A stretch of DNA of 64,000 nucleotides, from the IMG/VR virus record IMGVR_UViG_3300035698_024280. The stretch is one strand, 5' to 3'. Both the position numbers and the translations under genes were made by a program. The notes beneath the pieces were generated by a model, which saw only the letters and a program-made list of their open reading frames with translations, did not search any database and was not told where the DNA came from. Shown here one piece after another: positions 49,852 through 59,202 of this stretch. This DNA is from a virus. Every line of letters begins with the position of its first letter. The first letter of the stretch is position 1.

Positions 49852-50708
49852 AAATTATTTGCTGCTGCAACATCAATTAGTCGTTGGTGAGCACTTGGTA
49901 TAGGTCTACCTAACGCTTCAGTTATTTTATCTACTGATAATACACAATTGCTTCTTCTACATTTCATAATATTCTGTGACAAAAGATCATCTGTTGAGTA
50001 AAATCTCTTTTTATAAATATAACTACTACAAGTATTGAGTATATCTTGTGCAGTTTTAGCGCCAGGGTTGACTATATTATATATGCCTGGTTTCGGTCTT
50101 AGGGATATAATATCATTTACGCAATCAGCCAAATCGGGTATATATGTTAGAGAATTAGGGTAATTTACGAGTTTATTATATTTGAGAATCTTACCGATAT
50201 AATTTTTATCCTCTGAAATATTATTATCAAACGGCATTCGAATTCTTAATAGATAATCACGATTTAAATAGCCTCCATATTTTAATCTCTCTTCAAATTC
50301 GGATTTACATTGCGAGTAATACGAAGCCGTGGGGTTTGATTTTCCAAAGTTATGAGGGTCATCTTCACTATAAGCTACAATTTCATTTGTATCATTATTA
50401 TATATACACCCAGACGAAATAGTTATAGTTGGGGTTGGTGAATTTTTATGGATAACTAAATTATCCATAACATTACGAGATCTACACTCGATCTTATTAT
50501 CTTCACAGCTATCTACATTCGGCCGACCAGTATAACCGTAGCAATTTACAATAATATCAGGATTGTATTGCTCTTTAATTTGCGCTAACCCGCATAAACT
50601 AGTATAGTCAATATCCTGCCTAGATATTAAATTAGTATTATGCACCCTACTTAATATTGGTAAAATTTTAGTTCCAATATACCCTCTACCTAATATGACC
50701 ACATTCAT
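49848..50708 (-). CDS. NDP-4-keto-6-deoxyglucose 3,5-epimerase/4-reductase (RmlD / plant NRS-ER type)
   Basis: GRGYIG, GYTGRPNVDSCE, ISSGCIY, YSQCK, LRIRMP, PNSLT; start set at MNVV (50708). Confidence 0.8.
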   Translation of the reverse strand: MNVVILGRGYIGTKILPILSRVHNTNLISRQDIDYTSLCGLAQIKEQYNPDIIVNCYGYTGRPNVDSCEDNKIECRSRNVMDNLVIHKNSPTPTITISSGCIYNNDTNEIVAYSEDDPHNFGKSNPTASYYSQCKSEFEERLKYGGYLNRDYLLRIRMPFDNNISEDKNYIGKILKYNKLVNYPNSLTYIPDLADCVNDIISLRPKPGIYNIVNPGAKTAQDILNTCSSYIYKKRFYSTDDLLSQNIMKCRRSNCVLSVDKITEALGRPIPSAHQRLIDVAAANNL

Positions 50709-50760
50709 TACTATCATATTTAATATACATAATAAGCTTATCAACAACCTAAATACTAAT

Positions 50761-51294
50761 ATGGTTTGGTTTACGGCAGATACACATTTTTTTGAAGATA
50801 TTAATACTATGAAATATTACGGTCGTCGATTTAGATCTGTAGCAGAGCAAAATGCCACAATAATAGACAACATAAATGAGATGGTATCTGTAGAAGATAC
50901 CTTATGGCATATCGGTGATGTATTTAAGGGTAGTAACGATCAAGGTTCAGAAGTATTATCCAAAATTAAGTGTAAAGACAAATATTTAGTTCGTGGGAAT
51001 TATGATACTGATGAAAGATTGCCGGTTTTAACACAATATTTTAATCGCGTTTTTGACGCTGATGCTACTATAGAGATTGACAATCAATCAATATATATGA
51101 ATCATTACCCGATAAACTGCCCAGAGACAAAATTTTCTATAACTGGACATATTCATGAGAAGTGGAAAATAAAAAAAGAAATGATTAACGTCGGGGTAGA
51201 CGCCAATCATTTCTTTCCGCTATCTTTTACAGATATTATGTTTTATAAGAACGCAATGGATAACCATTACGACGATAATGTATTTACTGCTTAG
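50761..51294 (+). CDS. Calcineurin-like metallophosphoesterase
   Basis: Read directly on the + strand (atggtttggtttacggcagat at 50761): DTH, HIGD, GNYD, NHYP, GHIH; TAAATA 5 nt upstream. Confidence 0.85.
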   Translation: MVWFTADTHFFEDINTMKYYGRRFRSVAEQNATIIDNINEMVSVEDTLWHIGDVFKGSNDQGSEVLSKIKCKDKYLVRGNYDTDERLPVLTQYFNRVFDADATIEIDNQSIYMNHYPINCPETKFSITGHIHEKWKIKKEMINVGVDANHFFPLSFTDIMFYKNAMDNHYDDNVFTA

Positions 51295-52246
51295 GCGTTT
51301 TTACATGAGGTATTTTAGGATCGCTTAACGCTACGTGCATTAAGGAATTTTTACTAACACGCTCTGGATTAATATCTATACCACCGCGTCGTGCATATAA
51401 GCATTTTACACTAAGCTCTTCAGGCTTTAATTTATCCCATATACGCTTATATATAGTTTCACAAATTTCTTCATGAAAGTGACACTCATCACGGAACGAT
51501 ATAATATATTTTAGCATACTAATAGGATCGATTGTTTCGCCTTCCTTCTTAATATATATATAAACATCTCCCCAATCAGGTTGGGATGTTACTCTACAAT
51601 TAGATTTCAGTAGGGAGCTATGGTAACATACTCTTGCACATTCGGATTTAACAACTTTAAGTAGTTTAGGATCCTCTTGATATTTTGTAAAATTAACTTC
51701 GTTTAGTACATAATCTTCTTCAATAGTACTATACACTGGCAGTAGCGAGTCTTTAGCATGTGTGTAGTGCTCCTCAGATGAGCTATTTGATATACCATGG
51801 TCCCACTCCCAATATGGCGATATCTTACACTTCAATATCTGAGAATTTGTGGCGAATACAACCTCTACTTCAGTATCTAATAATTGAGATAAGTCCTTTA
51901 TGACAACTTGCTGTATATTAGCAGCAACTTCAGTAGCAGTATCCCCCAGGGGGGTCATATTGAAGGAATTTAAATATAGTTTAAAGGATTTTGATTCTAC
52001 AATATACTTACTAGTACATCCGTACACCATTTTAATTACCCCAGTCACCGGAAGACCTGAGTCTGTTAAAGCTGATACTTCGTATGCATTCCATACATCA
52101 GACCCTTTAAAGGGTAAGTCATCATCCTTTATCTTTAAATGTACTCTATTGGATGATCTCTCCTCTCGCACTAATAGACTTGAATCATATTTAGATTTAT
52201 ATTTAGAGGTTTTACCCAGGTGTTTGCTAATTTTTGTATTATCCAT
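51284..52246 (-). CDS. queF: NADPH-dependent preQ0 reductase QueF, two-domain YqcD type
   Basis: WNAYE, VESKSFKLYLNSF (NADPH motif), LKSNC..TSQPDWG (catalytic Cys/Asp), FHEEICE, YARRGGIDINP. Confidence 0.95.
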   Translation of the reverse strand: MDNTKISKHLGKTSKYKSKYDSSLLVREERSSNRVHLKIKDDDLPFKGSDVWNAYEVSALTDSGLPVTGVIKMVYGCTSKYIVESKSFKLYLNSFNMTPLGDTATEVAANIQQVVIKDLSQLLDTEVEVVFATNSQILKCKISPYWEWDHGISNSSSEEHYTHAKDSLLPVYSTIEEDYVLNEVNFTKYQEDPKLLKVVKSECARVCYHSSLLKSNCRVTSQPDWGDVYIYIKKEGETIDPISMLKYIISFRDECHFHEEICETIYKRIWDKLKPEELSVKCLYARRGGIDINPERVSKNSLMHVALSDPKIPHVKTPKQ

Positions 52247-52247
52247 T

Positions 52248-52799
52248 TTAAAAATTTATTAAAGTCTTCCTAATTTTTTCCATTCTCTCATTTACAGTTC
52301 CAGATAATATAGTATAAGATACTTTACCCTCTAGCCTCTCGAGTCTCTTCTCAAATATTTCAATTATATCTTCCCGAAATGTTTCATTTACGCTTCTCAC
52401 ACCATCGTCTTCCATAGTAATATCTGCATCAGGGTATGTATAAAATATATGATCTATTTTTGTAATTAACTCTTCAAATACATTCTCAGCATAATCTAAT
52501 ACCCAACCGTCTACACTTCCCTGATCATACAGCCACTGCGTATAGACTACCCCATCTAAGATGCATCTATCCATAACAGTACTATATTTTGCCTCTAAGT
52601 AATTTTGAAGATGTTGATGGATGATACATAATTGAGTAATATTATCACCACTCTCATTTATGTTTAAATTATGCTTCCGCTTTACTTGCCTAGTTACTTC
52701 TAACACAAAGTCGAAATTTTCAAAAGAGCGATCATTGCGGCAAAGATTCAGTAATGTTGTTTTGCCTGTATTCTGAGCACCTGTAAATGATATTATCAT
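52248..52799 (-). CDS. P-loop nucleotide monophosphate kinase (AAA_28/thymidylate kinase-like)
   Basis: FTGAQNTGKTT, MDRCILDGVVY, EDDGVRS. Confidence 0.82.
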   Translation of the reverse strand: MIISFTGAQNTGKTTLLNLCRNDRSFENFDFVLEVTRQVKRKHNLNINESGDNITQLCIIHQHLQNYLEAKYSTVMDRCILDGVVYTQWLYDQGSVDGWVLDYAENVFEELITKIDHIFYTYPDADITMEDDGVRSVNETFREDIIEIFEKRLERLEGKVSYTILSGTVNERMEKIRKTLINF

Positions 52800-53368
52800 A
52801 CTATTAGTTTAAGCTTTAATCTTAAAAAATCAACCCATAGATTTAAGGAGTGGGCCCTTATTTCTTTATTTAACCCCTCTATATTAATAAAAGATGTTTC
52901 TGATAGATTAAACGATGATTCACTTATTATCTTCCCTTCATCTACAGCGGGTACTACTTCATGTATAACAGAGCCAGCCTCGGTATAATTATCTATATTA
53001 ACCCATATTCTCTCAACTGGATCTTTACCTCGTAGTTCCGGATATTGTGAAATAAGACCCGGATGACCGTTATATATATTATAATTACTACAAATCTCAG
53101 GTGGTATAATTTTTAACCATCCATTTAAAGTAACTATACACTTACTACCGCAATCTTTTAAAATTTCCTTATATGTATCTATTGTAACATTAGGACCAGT
53201 CATAATACATCGATTTTTATCTGAGTGTTCATACTCAGATAAAAGTTTCGGTGATATATTTGATATGGTATTATTAGAAACAATAACGTCTGGAAATCTT
53301 CCGATGCGTCTAGATATATCCAATATCTCTGAACCAGTTTGACTAAAAAATGCTATCCAATACTTCAT
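52796..53368 (-). CDS. PurN-like formyltransferase, probable preQ1 formyltransferase (DpdN-like)
   Basis: FSQTGS, YNGHPG (NxH), GSVIHEV...VDEG (catalytic Asp); context inside the deazaguanine operon. Confidence 0.8.
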   Translation of the reverse strand: MKYWIAFFSQTGSEILDISRRIGRFPDVIVSNNTISNISPKLLSEYEHSDKNRCIMTGPNVTIDTYKEILKDCGSKCIVTLNGWLKIIPPEICSNYNIYNGHPGLISQYPELRGKDPVERIWVNIDNYTEAGSVIHEVVPAVDEGKIISESSFNLSETSFINIEGLNKEIRAHSLNLWVDFLRLKLKLIV

Positions 53369-53376
53369 AAGTTATA

Positions 53377-54180
53377 TTAAGGGTTTAGTATATGATTAAA
53401 TTTCCGCATATTGTATTCTATTAAATCCAGTGTATCCTTAGACGGTGTATCCCCATCAATGAAATCCTCATTATCAGCTAAATGTACTTCTTCTGTGAGA
53501 CCTAAATTACCTGCATATTTTAGCGATTTAAGTCCAGCTATAACAGGGTTGCTCGTATCTACAGACCTTATATTATATATATTATTATTTTTGTAGTAAC
53601 TAAACTCTCTAGCAAGAGAGCAACCTAAGAGATGGTGAGGCTTATCCCAGTTCCAAATTCCAGCTGATATGAGGGTTTCAATTAACCTAATTCTACCACT
53701 TACTCTCATATCTGCTACAGACTTACCATGGCCAGTATATTCAAAATATTTCATATCAAATGATATGGCAATATAATCGGCATTTTCGCTCATATGCTTA
53801 TAACAGTTTACAATTTCTTGGTATGTTGTCCCTTGTACCGTTCCAATCTGTAGACCTGCTACATTTTTAAAATTAGCGTTCCAACGCTGAAAATTAAATA
53901 TGGTCTCTTCCGAGTCTTCTAATACATCTGGAACTATATAATATGTCGGTTCTAGTTTATCAATCCATTTTGAATATTGCTTAGGGTCAAATGATTTTTT
54001 GAGCTCATATATACTATTATCTAAGATTACCTCACGATCATTTAATAAAGCTACCTTAAAAAAATTATAATATCTATCGTATCTGTCAAAATGATGTACC
54101 AGCGCATAATCATAATCTGTGTGTTGTTGAACCATCCCCATTAAATTTATAGGGGCCTCATGAGCTTTCATTATATTCAT
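53377..54180 (-). CDS. dpdA: TGT-fold TIM-barrel protein, DpdA-like (probably DpdA3 type)
   Basis: ILDNSIYE, IVPDV, VQG, HHLLGC, RSVDTSNP align with TGT/DpdA core motifs; heads the operon with queF. Confidence 0.7.
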   Translation of the reverse strand: MNIMKAHEAPINLMGMVQQHTDYDYALVHHFDRYDRYYNFFKVALLNDREVILDNSIYELKKSFDPKQYSKWIDKLEPTYYIVPDVLEDSEETIFNFQRWNANFKNVAGLQIGTVQGTTYQEIVNCYKHMSENADYIAISFDMKYFEYTGHGKSVADMRVSGRIRLIETLISAGIWNWDKPHHLLGCSLAREFSYYKNNNIYNIRSVDTSNPVIAGLKSLKYAGNLGLTEEVHLADNEDFIDGDTPSKDTLDLIEYNMRKFNHILNP

Positions 54181-54186
54181 ATATTA

Positions 54187-54192
54187 ATTATA
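54187..54192 (-). promoter_or_regulatory. -10 box for the dpdA-formyltransferase-kinase-queF operon
   Basis: TATAAT 6 nt before ATG 54180; -35 is weak. Confidence 0.5.
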
Positions 54193-54229
54193 CGGTGGAT
54201 CCTTTGAGTTTCCACAATAAATATAATAA

Positions 54230-54799
54230 ATGATAAGTTCATCAATATTTAATTTTCTATTTGTAAAGAATGATTTGTTTTTTATATTAACTGACAATAT
54301 AACTGTATATAGTAGCCAAATTTTAAATTTACTTGAAGACCGTGTAACTGAGAATAAAACTAACAAATCGCGTAATATTGAAGCCGCCGCAGTTTTACGA
54401 GATTTATATAATAGTAATATAAGTATTCCGAGAATTAAGGCAGAACGAGTAATACCGACAAGCGACTCAGTCGCTTCCGTTGCCGCAATTTTCGAGTTCA
54501 GATTAGACACTGAAATTTCGAGGTTATTAGCTAATTCAACTGTAGCTAATATAAATAAATTAAAGAGATCTCAACAGTATTTTGCAGATAGTTTTATTAG
54601 GGCAGTATATACTGCAGAGTCTGGAATAATAGAAGATGTTTTGATAACATCTGGGTTAAATATAGATATACAAAACTTAAGTGCAGTAAATAAAGAAAAT
54701 CTTAAGAATTCAAACCTCGGCACACATGGTAAACTGGATATACGAGACAAGACAGATGATTTTGCAACACTTACACGGGAGAAATGGTACATACAATAA
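54230..54799 (+). CDS. Hypothetical late protein directly upstream of gp5 (possible baseplate component)
   Basis: TAAATA upstream; abuts the gp5 start. Confidence 0.5.
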   Translation: MISSSIFNFLFVKNDLFFILTDNITVYSSQILNLLEDRVTENKTNKSRNIEAAAVLRDLYNSNISIPRIKAERVIPTSDSVASVAAIFEFRLDTEISRLLANSTVANINKLKRSQQYFADSFIRAVYTAESGIIEDVLITSGLNIDIQNLSAVNKENLKNSNLGTHGKLDIRDKTDDFATLTREKWYIQ

Positions 54800-57700
54800 A
54801 TGGACGATAATAACGAAAAACAATACCACGGATTCTATAAGGGTCTAGTTGTTCAAAATAACGATCCAGCCAGAGCTGGTAGAATAAAGATTTTTATACC
54901 TAGTATAATGTCTAATGTTATTGAGAAGGAAAAATTAACGAATGAAGATACAAAAGAATATATAGATTTCAAAAATTTATTTAGTGACGGCACTGATGCA
55001 TTTAAAGATAAAAAAGCATTAACTTTTCTTAAAAATAACTTATTATGGGCCCGGCAAATGTCCCCTCTTCTGGGGACCGGGAGCGGGGTAACTTATAGGC
55101 ATCAGGATAATCTAAATACTACATCTGATAGTAATAACCGAGAAGAGTTCCCAGATAATAAAAAAATGGAAGGTTATCCGTTATCTATACCACCATTTTT
55201 TCAGCCGGGGGGTCATCAGGGCATAGAGCCAGCAATAACTGGTAATAAAAATTTAAAAGATGTACCTACGATTCGTACAGACTTAGATAATAAATCGTTC
55301 GCTCCAGAACTAGGGTCAGGTCAAGCTAAAGGCATTTTTTCTATCCCAAGTGTAAATGCATATGTTTGGGTATTTTTTGATGGGGGCGATTATGATAAGC
55401 CAGTATATTTTGGATATGATCATAGTGATGACCAATGGAGAGGCATGTATGAAGCCGATCAAAAGGGACATAGAGGCGACAGCTATCCTAATATATATGA
55501 AAATGGTAAGACTGATGAGATTGAAAAGGATAGTATTTTATTAAGAAATAAGATTATATTTAATTTTAAATCGGGACGTTTATTGTTTGATGAAACAGAT
55601 TATAAGCAGCGTATACAATTATCATATAGAAATGGCTCTAACTTTGAATTTGACCCTACAGGCTATAAGTTATATGTTCAAGGTAAGGGTAGTGAGCTAG
55701 TGAATGGTAATAAATTCTTGACAGTAAATGGAGACTATATTGGAAGAATTAAAAGAAATTCTAATATCACTATTGATAAAGATCTAGATCTCCGCGTAGG
55801 TAGTAGAAACGAAGAAACCTATAGAGAAGCGCGACGAGTATATTTAGATCGTTCTAAGATGCTTCATAATTTTAGAAAAAAAAGAACAGCTGGGCCTATA
55901 CAGGAGCCGGAAGATGTGGATTATTATAAGCCGGTTCCATTTAATTATCTGCTAGGTATACATAGCCCGTTAGATCCAGGGTCTGAAGCTAGAATACACA
56001 ATCTTAGTTTATATAATTCCGCTGCTAATAATAAGACCAATATATTACTGCCTGGTACCCCGCTATATACCCCAGCTACATTCAACAGAATATATTCTTC
56101 TTCTGCTAGTGTTAGGGGGCAACTCGCCCCTACTCCGGATTGTTCATTTACATTTGCAAATACCCACTTAGGTATATCTGAGACATCGAGAAACATGCCA
56201 GCTTTTTTGTTAGACTCTTACGATGGTAATATAGTATCTTCAGACTATAATTATAATAATTCCAAATTTAGAGTAGGTTTAGGTGACCCCAGAATGCCTA
56301 TAAATGCGAAGAGTAAATCTAATAAACTTTACAAACAACGACATTGGCTATTCAAAACTAATCCAAAAAAATCAACAGGGTCTCCATTAGCTTTTAATAG
56401 AAAGAATCGTATATCTCGGGTTGATATGAGAGATCAACAAAACAAAAGCCCAGCGTCTGCAGGAGGTATATATGAGGATAACCCTAAAACTTCAAAGGAA
56501 GATAGGGCGCAGGAGCTAGTCAAGCTTAATATTCAATTAGATAAAATATTAGCGGAAGATGAAACTGGAGGTGATGCTCGATTTGAAGTTACAAGAGATG
56601 CTTATTTTGATGTTGGTGTAATTACAAACGACTTCCCGGCAATTAGAGTAGACCCAGAAGGGGGATTGGTTTTTGCTGGCGTACATACTACAGCATCTGG
56701 CGGTTCTAATGTTTATAAATCTACGCCGATATATGAAGAGACTCAAAATAGCTCTAATATACCAGTAGGTAACGTTGGATTTAACTTTGGAAATTCATTT
56801 AGTACTACAGTTGGGTCGGGAGGTATCACATTTAAAACGACCGGAGTTGTAGAGTGTAATGGCATAGCTACTAGATTGTCAGGTACACACTCGCTAGAGC
56901 TAACAACTGGAGGCAATGCGAGGCTGACTGCCGGTAGATCACTTATAATATCTGCAGATACTATTTGTATGAAGCAATCAAACGATATGCAATTAGGTAT
57001 AGGCGGGTCTATGGGGATTGAGAATAATCTGACCGTCGCAGGTAGCACTATTTTAAATGGTGAGACTTATGTGCAGCACATCACTGCTCCGGTCGAGATG
57101 CAGGTAACTGAGCAAATCAGTAATTTACAGGCTCGAACAAAATCCACAGAGCATGTAGCATATTTTCCGGAGGGTATGGTAATAGGTAAATTATCCACTC
57201 AAGATTGTCAAGCTATTGTTGCTGCTGCAGAGTCTGGGTCTGGTTCGGTATCTATTAGAGCATGGACTGACACAGATGGTAGTGCAAAATTAGGAGAGCC
57301 CCCATCATATAAATATAGTATGGAGTTAGACGAATATATAATTGAGCCAGGGACTGGGTATAATGATATAACAGATACTAATAGATCTGGGGATAGACGA
57401 AACTCTAAACTACTCAATGATGATGGTCTACCTACTACATCTTGGAAGCTACAGAATGACAACTGGGTGCAGATTGCCGGTAAAAGTAGTAATTCGGTAC
57501 CTATATTTGGTACTGATAGACTAACATCAATTGAAGTAGAGATGCACAGCCATCAATTTAAGAATTTACCGCTCTCTCTAAGAACATCTCATGAAGATGT
57601 ATGTCTAGAAGCTTCTGATGTAGAATCCTATGCAGATATTAAATCTATAAGGAAAGGAAATAAACATGGTAAGGTCTTAGTGAAAGACTATGGGGATTCA

Positions 57701-57847
57701 GAGAGGCATAAAAATATTATGAAGCATCTTGAAAATAGTAGAGATTTGAAAACTACTACAAGTAATGAAATAAAAAAAGCGCAGCTCCGAGGAACTGCGC
57801 TACCATCAATGATGGATGAAGTACAAAATAAAGTAAATATTAGCTAA
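54800..57847 (+). CDS. gp5: Baseplate central spike gp5/VgrG-like (OB-fold plus beta-helix)
   Basis: YKGLVVQNNDP..AGRIK, FSIPSVNAYVWVFFDGGD..KPVYFG, beta-helix repeats, late HSH motif. Confidence 0.8.
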   Translation: MDDNNEKQYHGFYKGLVVQNNDPARAGRIKIFIPSIMSNVIEKEKLTNEDTKEYIDFKNLFSDGTDAFKDKKALTFLKNNLLWARQMSPLLGTGSGVTYRHQDNLNTTSDSNNREEFPDNKKMEGYPLSIPPFFQPGGHQGIEPAITGNKNLKDVPTIRTDLDNKSFAPELGSGQAKGIFSIPSVNAYVWVFFDGGDYDKPVYFGYDHSDDQWRGMYEADQKGHRGDSYPNIYENGKTDEIEKDSILLRNKIIFNFKSGRLLFDETDYKQRIQLSYRNGSNFEFDPTGYKLYVQGKGSELVNGNKFLTVNGDYIGRIKRNSNITIDKDLDLRVGSRNEETYREARRVYLDRSKMLHNFRKKRTAGPIQEPEDVDYYKPVPFNYLLGIHSPLDPGSEARIHNLSLYNSAANNKTNILLPGTPLYTPATFNRIYSSSASVRGQLAPTPDCSFTFANTHLGISETSRNMPAFLLDSYDGNIVSSDYNYNNSKFRVGLGDPRMPINAKSKSNKLYKQRHWLFKTNPKKSTGSPLAFNRKNRISRVDMRDQQNKSPASAGGIYEDNPKTSKEDRAQELVKLNIQLDKILAEDETGGDARFEVTRDAYFDVGVITNDFPAIRVDPEGGLVFAGVHTTASGGSNVYKSTPIYEETQNSSNIPVGNVGFNFGNSFSTTVGSGGITFKTTGVVECNGIATRLSGTHSLELTTGGNARLTAGRSLIISADTICMKQSNDMQLGIGGSMGIENNLTVAGSTILNGETYVQHITAPVEMQVTEQISNLQARTKSTEHVAYFPEGMVIGKLSTQDCQAIVAAAESGSGSVSIRAWTDTDGSAKLGEPPSYKYSMELDEYIIEPGTGYNDITDTNRSGDRRNSKLLNDDGLPTTSWKLQNDNWVQIAGKSSNSVPIFGTDRLTSIEVEMHSHQFKNLPLSLRTSHEDVCLEASDVESYADIKSIRKGNKHGKVLVKDYGDSERHKNIMKHLENSRDLKTTTSNEIKKAQLRGTALPSMMDEVQNKVNIS

Positions 57848-57858
57848 TACTAAATATA

Positions 57859-58122
57859 TTACTTATTATTTGACCCACGTCTTATTGTATTATTTTCGTT
57901 TAAATCTGTTATTGATTGATCTAAAAACGCTCTCCAGGCTACCAGTCCAGGCATTGTTACTGAAGCAAATTTAGTAAACCAATGCATTATATGCATATTT
58001 GCTATATCTTCTATTGGTATACTGTTAAATTCGTTTATCATTGTCGTAAGCATAGCTATGACAATATAAAGAATTAACCTCATGTTAACGCCACGGTTTG
58101 AAGGCTTGTTACTTGTGCTCAT
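57859..58122 (-). CDS. Small membrane protein, possible holin
   Basis: TATAAATA 5 nt upstream; hydrophobic segments LILYIVIAMLTTMI and FASVTMPGLVAW; charged tail. Confidence 0.45.
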   Translation of the reverse strand: MSTSNKPSNRGVNMRLILYIVIAMLTTMINEFNSIPIEDIANMHIMHWFTKFASVTMPGLVAWRAFLDQSITDLNENNTIRRGSNNK

Positions 58123-58127
58123 CCATA

Positions 58128-58135
58128 TATTTATA
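58128..58135 (-). promoter_or_regulatory. T4-type late promoter TATAAATA
   Basis: tatttata on +, 5 nt before ATG 58122. Confidence 0.75.
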
Positions 58136-58182
58136 GCGTATACAAGTATAACCTCCAATTCTGGAGGTTATTTGTATATATA

Positions 58183-59184
58183 TTAGAAATCGTCATCTAG
58201 AGCTCCCGCTGACTGATAGTCAATTACCCGAGTCTCAAAGAAGTTTTTTGCTTTAATAAGATCTTGTACCTCTGATAAGAAGTCGAAGGGGTTTGTATCA
58301 TTAGGGAATCTATAATCTAGACCGATACCTTCAAGCCTTCTATTACCTATATATTGCATATATTTAACAAACATATCTGAATTAAGCCCTAACACACCAC
58401 GAGGTAATACATCCTTTGCATACGCAATCTCTAAATCGACAGCTGTCTTTAAATACCCAACCAACTCATCCTGAAAGTCTTTAGTCCATATTTCCGGATT
58501 TTGCTTTATTATAGTTCTTATAAGTTGGGAGCCAAATTGAATATGTAGAGATTCATCTCTGAGTGTATATTCAATTTGCTCTCCAATCCCTGGTAGTTTA
58601 GATTTTAATGCTAATAACATTGCAAACCCAGAGAAGAAGAAAGTTCCCTCACATACAATCCAGAACAGAAAGCAGGACTTTAAGAGAGCCTTAACTCCTT
58701 CAGGTGTAGATGAATCAATATCGTTGATATTGACATCTCTTGTAACTTCCATTAAAAAGTTATCTTTAGCAGCAATAGACGGTATATTTTCATATGCTTC
58801 GTATACATCTTCAGCTTTAAGATCTGTAATAGAGTCGCACATATATACAATAGTATCGTTATGCAAACACTCCTCCCAAATCTGTCTAGCCATATATTGT
58901 CTACATTCTGGGTCAGTTATATATTTAAATAGCGTAACTAAATTATTACCTACTAAAGATTCAGATCCAGCAAAAAAACCGAGGCATCGACGCACAACCA
59001 ATTTTTCATCAGCTGTCAACACACCATTACTCCAGTTTTGTATATCTCTTGTCATCCCTATATCCTCAGGATTCCAATTATTATTTTTTCCTCTCTTATA
59101 CAGATCCCATGCCCATTTATTAACATGGGGTAGTATCTGATTTACCCCCTCTTGTACTTCTCCAAATATTTTCCCTGTTTTCAT
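58183..59184 (-). CDS. nrdB: Class I ribonucleotide reductase beta subunit with class Ic (R2c) signature
   Basis: FFAGSE75SLVGNN, EECLH108NDTI112, CEG, RDESLH, NFFETRVIDYQ. Confidence 0.93.
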   Translation of the reverse strand: MKTGKIFGEVQEGVNQILPHVNKWAWDLYKRGKNNNWNPEDIGMTRDIQNWSNGVLTADEKLVVRRCLGFFAGSESLVGNNLVTLFKYITDPECRQYMARQIWEECLHNDTIVYMCDSITDLKAEDVYEAYENIPSIAAKDNFLMEVTRDVNINDIDSSTPEGVKALLKSCFLFWIVCEGTFFFSGFAMLLALKSKLPGIGEQIEYTLRDESLHIQFGSQLIRTIIKQNPEIWTKDFQDELVGYLKTAVDLEIAYAKDVLPRGVLGLNSDMFVKYMQYIGNRRLEGIGLDYRFPNDTNPFDFLSEVQDLIKAKNFFETRVIDYQSAGALDDDF

Positions 59185-59202
59185 ATTATTTATAGTTAAA
59201 AA

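Noticed and set aside
52796-53368. PurN as an auxiliary purine-biosynthesis gene
   Set aside because: No other pur genes are nearby, and it is coupled within the dpdA-queF operon, which favours a preQ1 formyltransferase role
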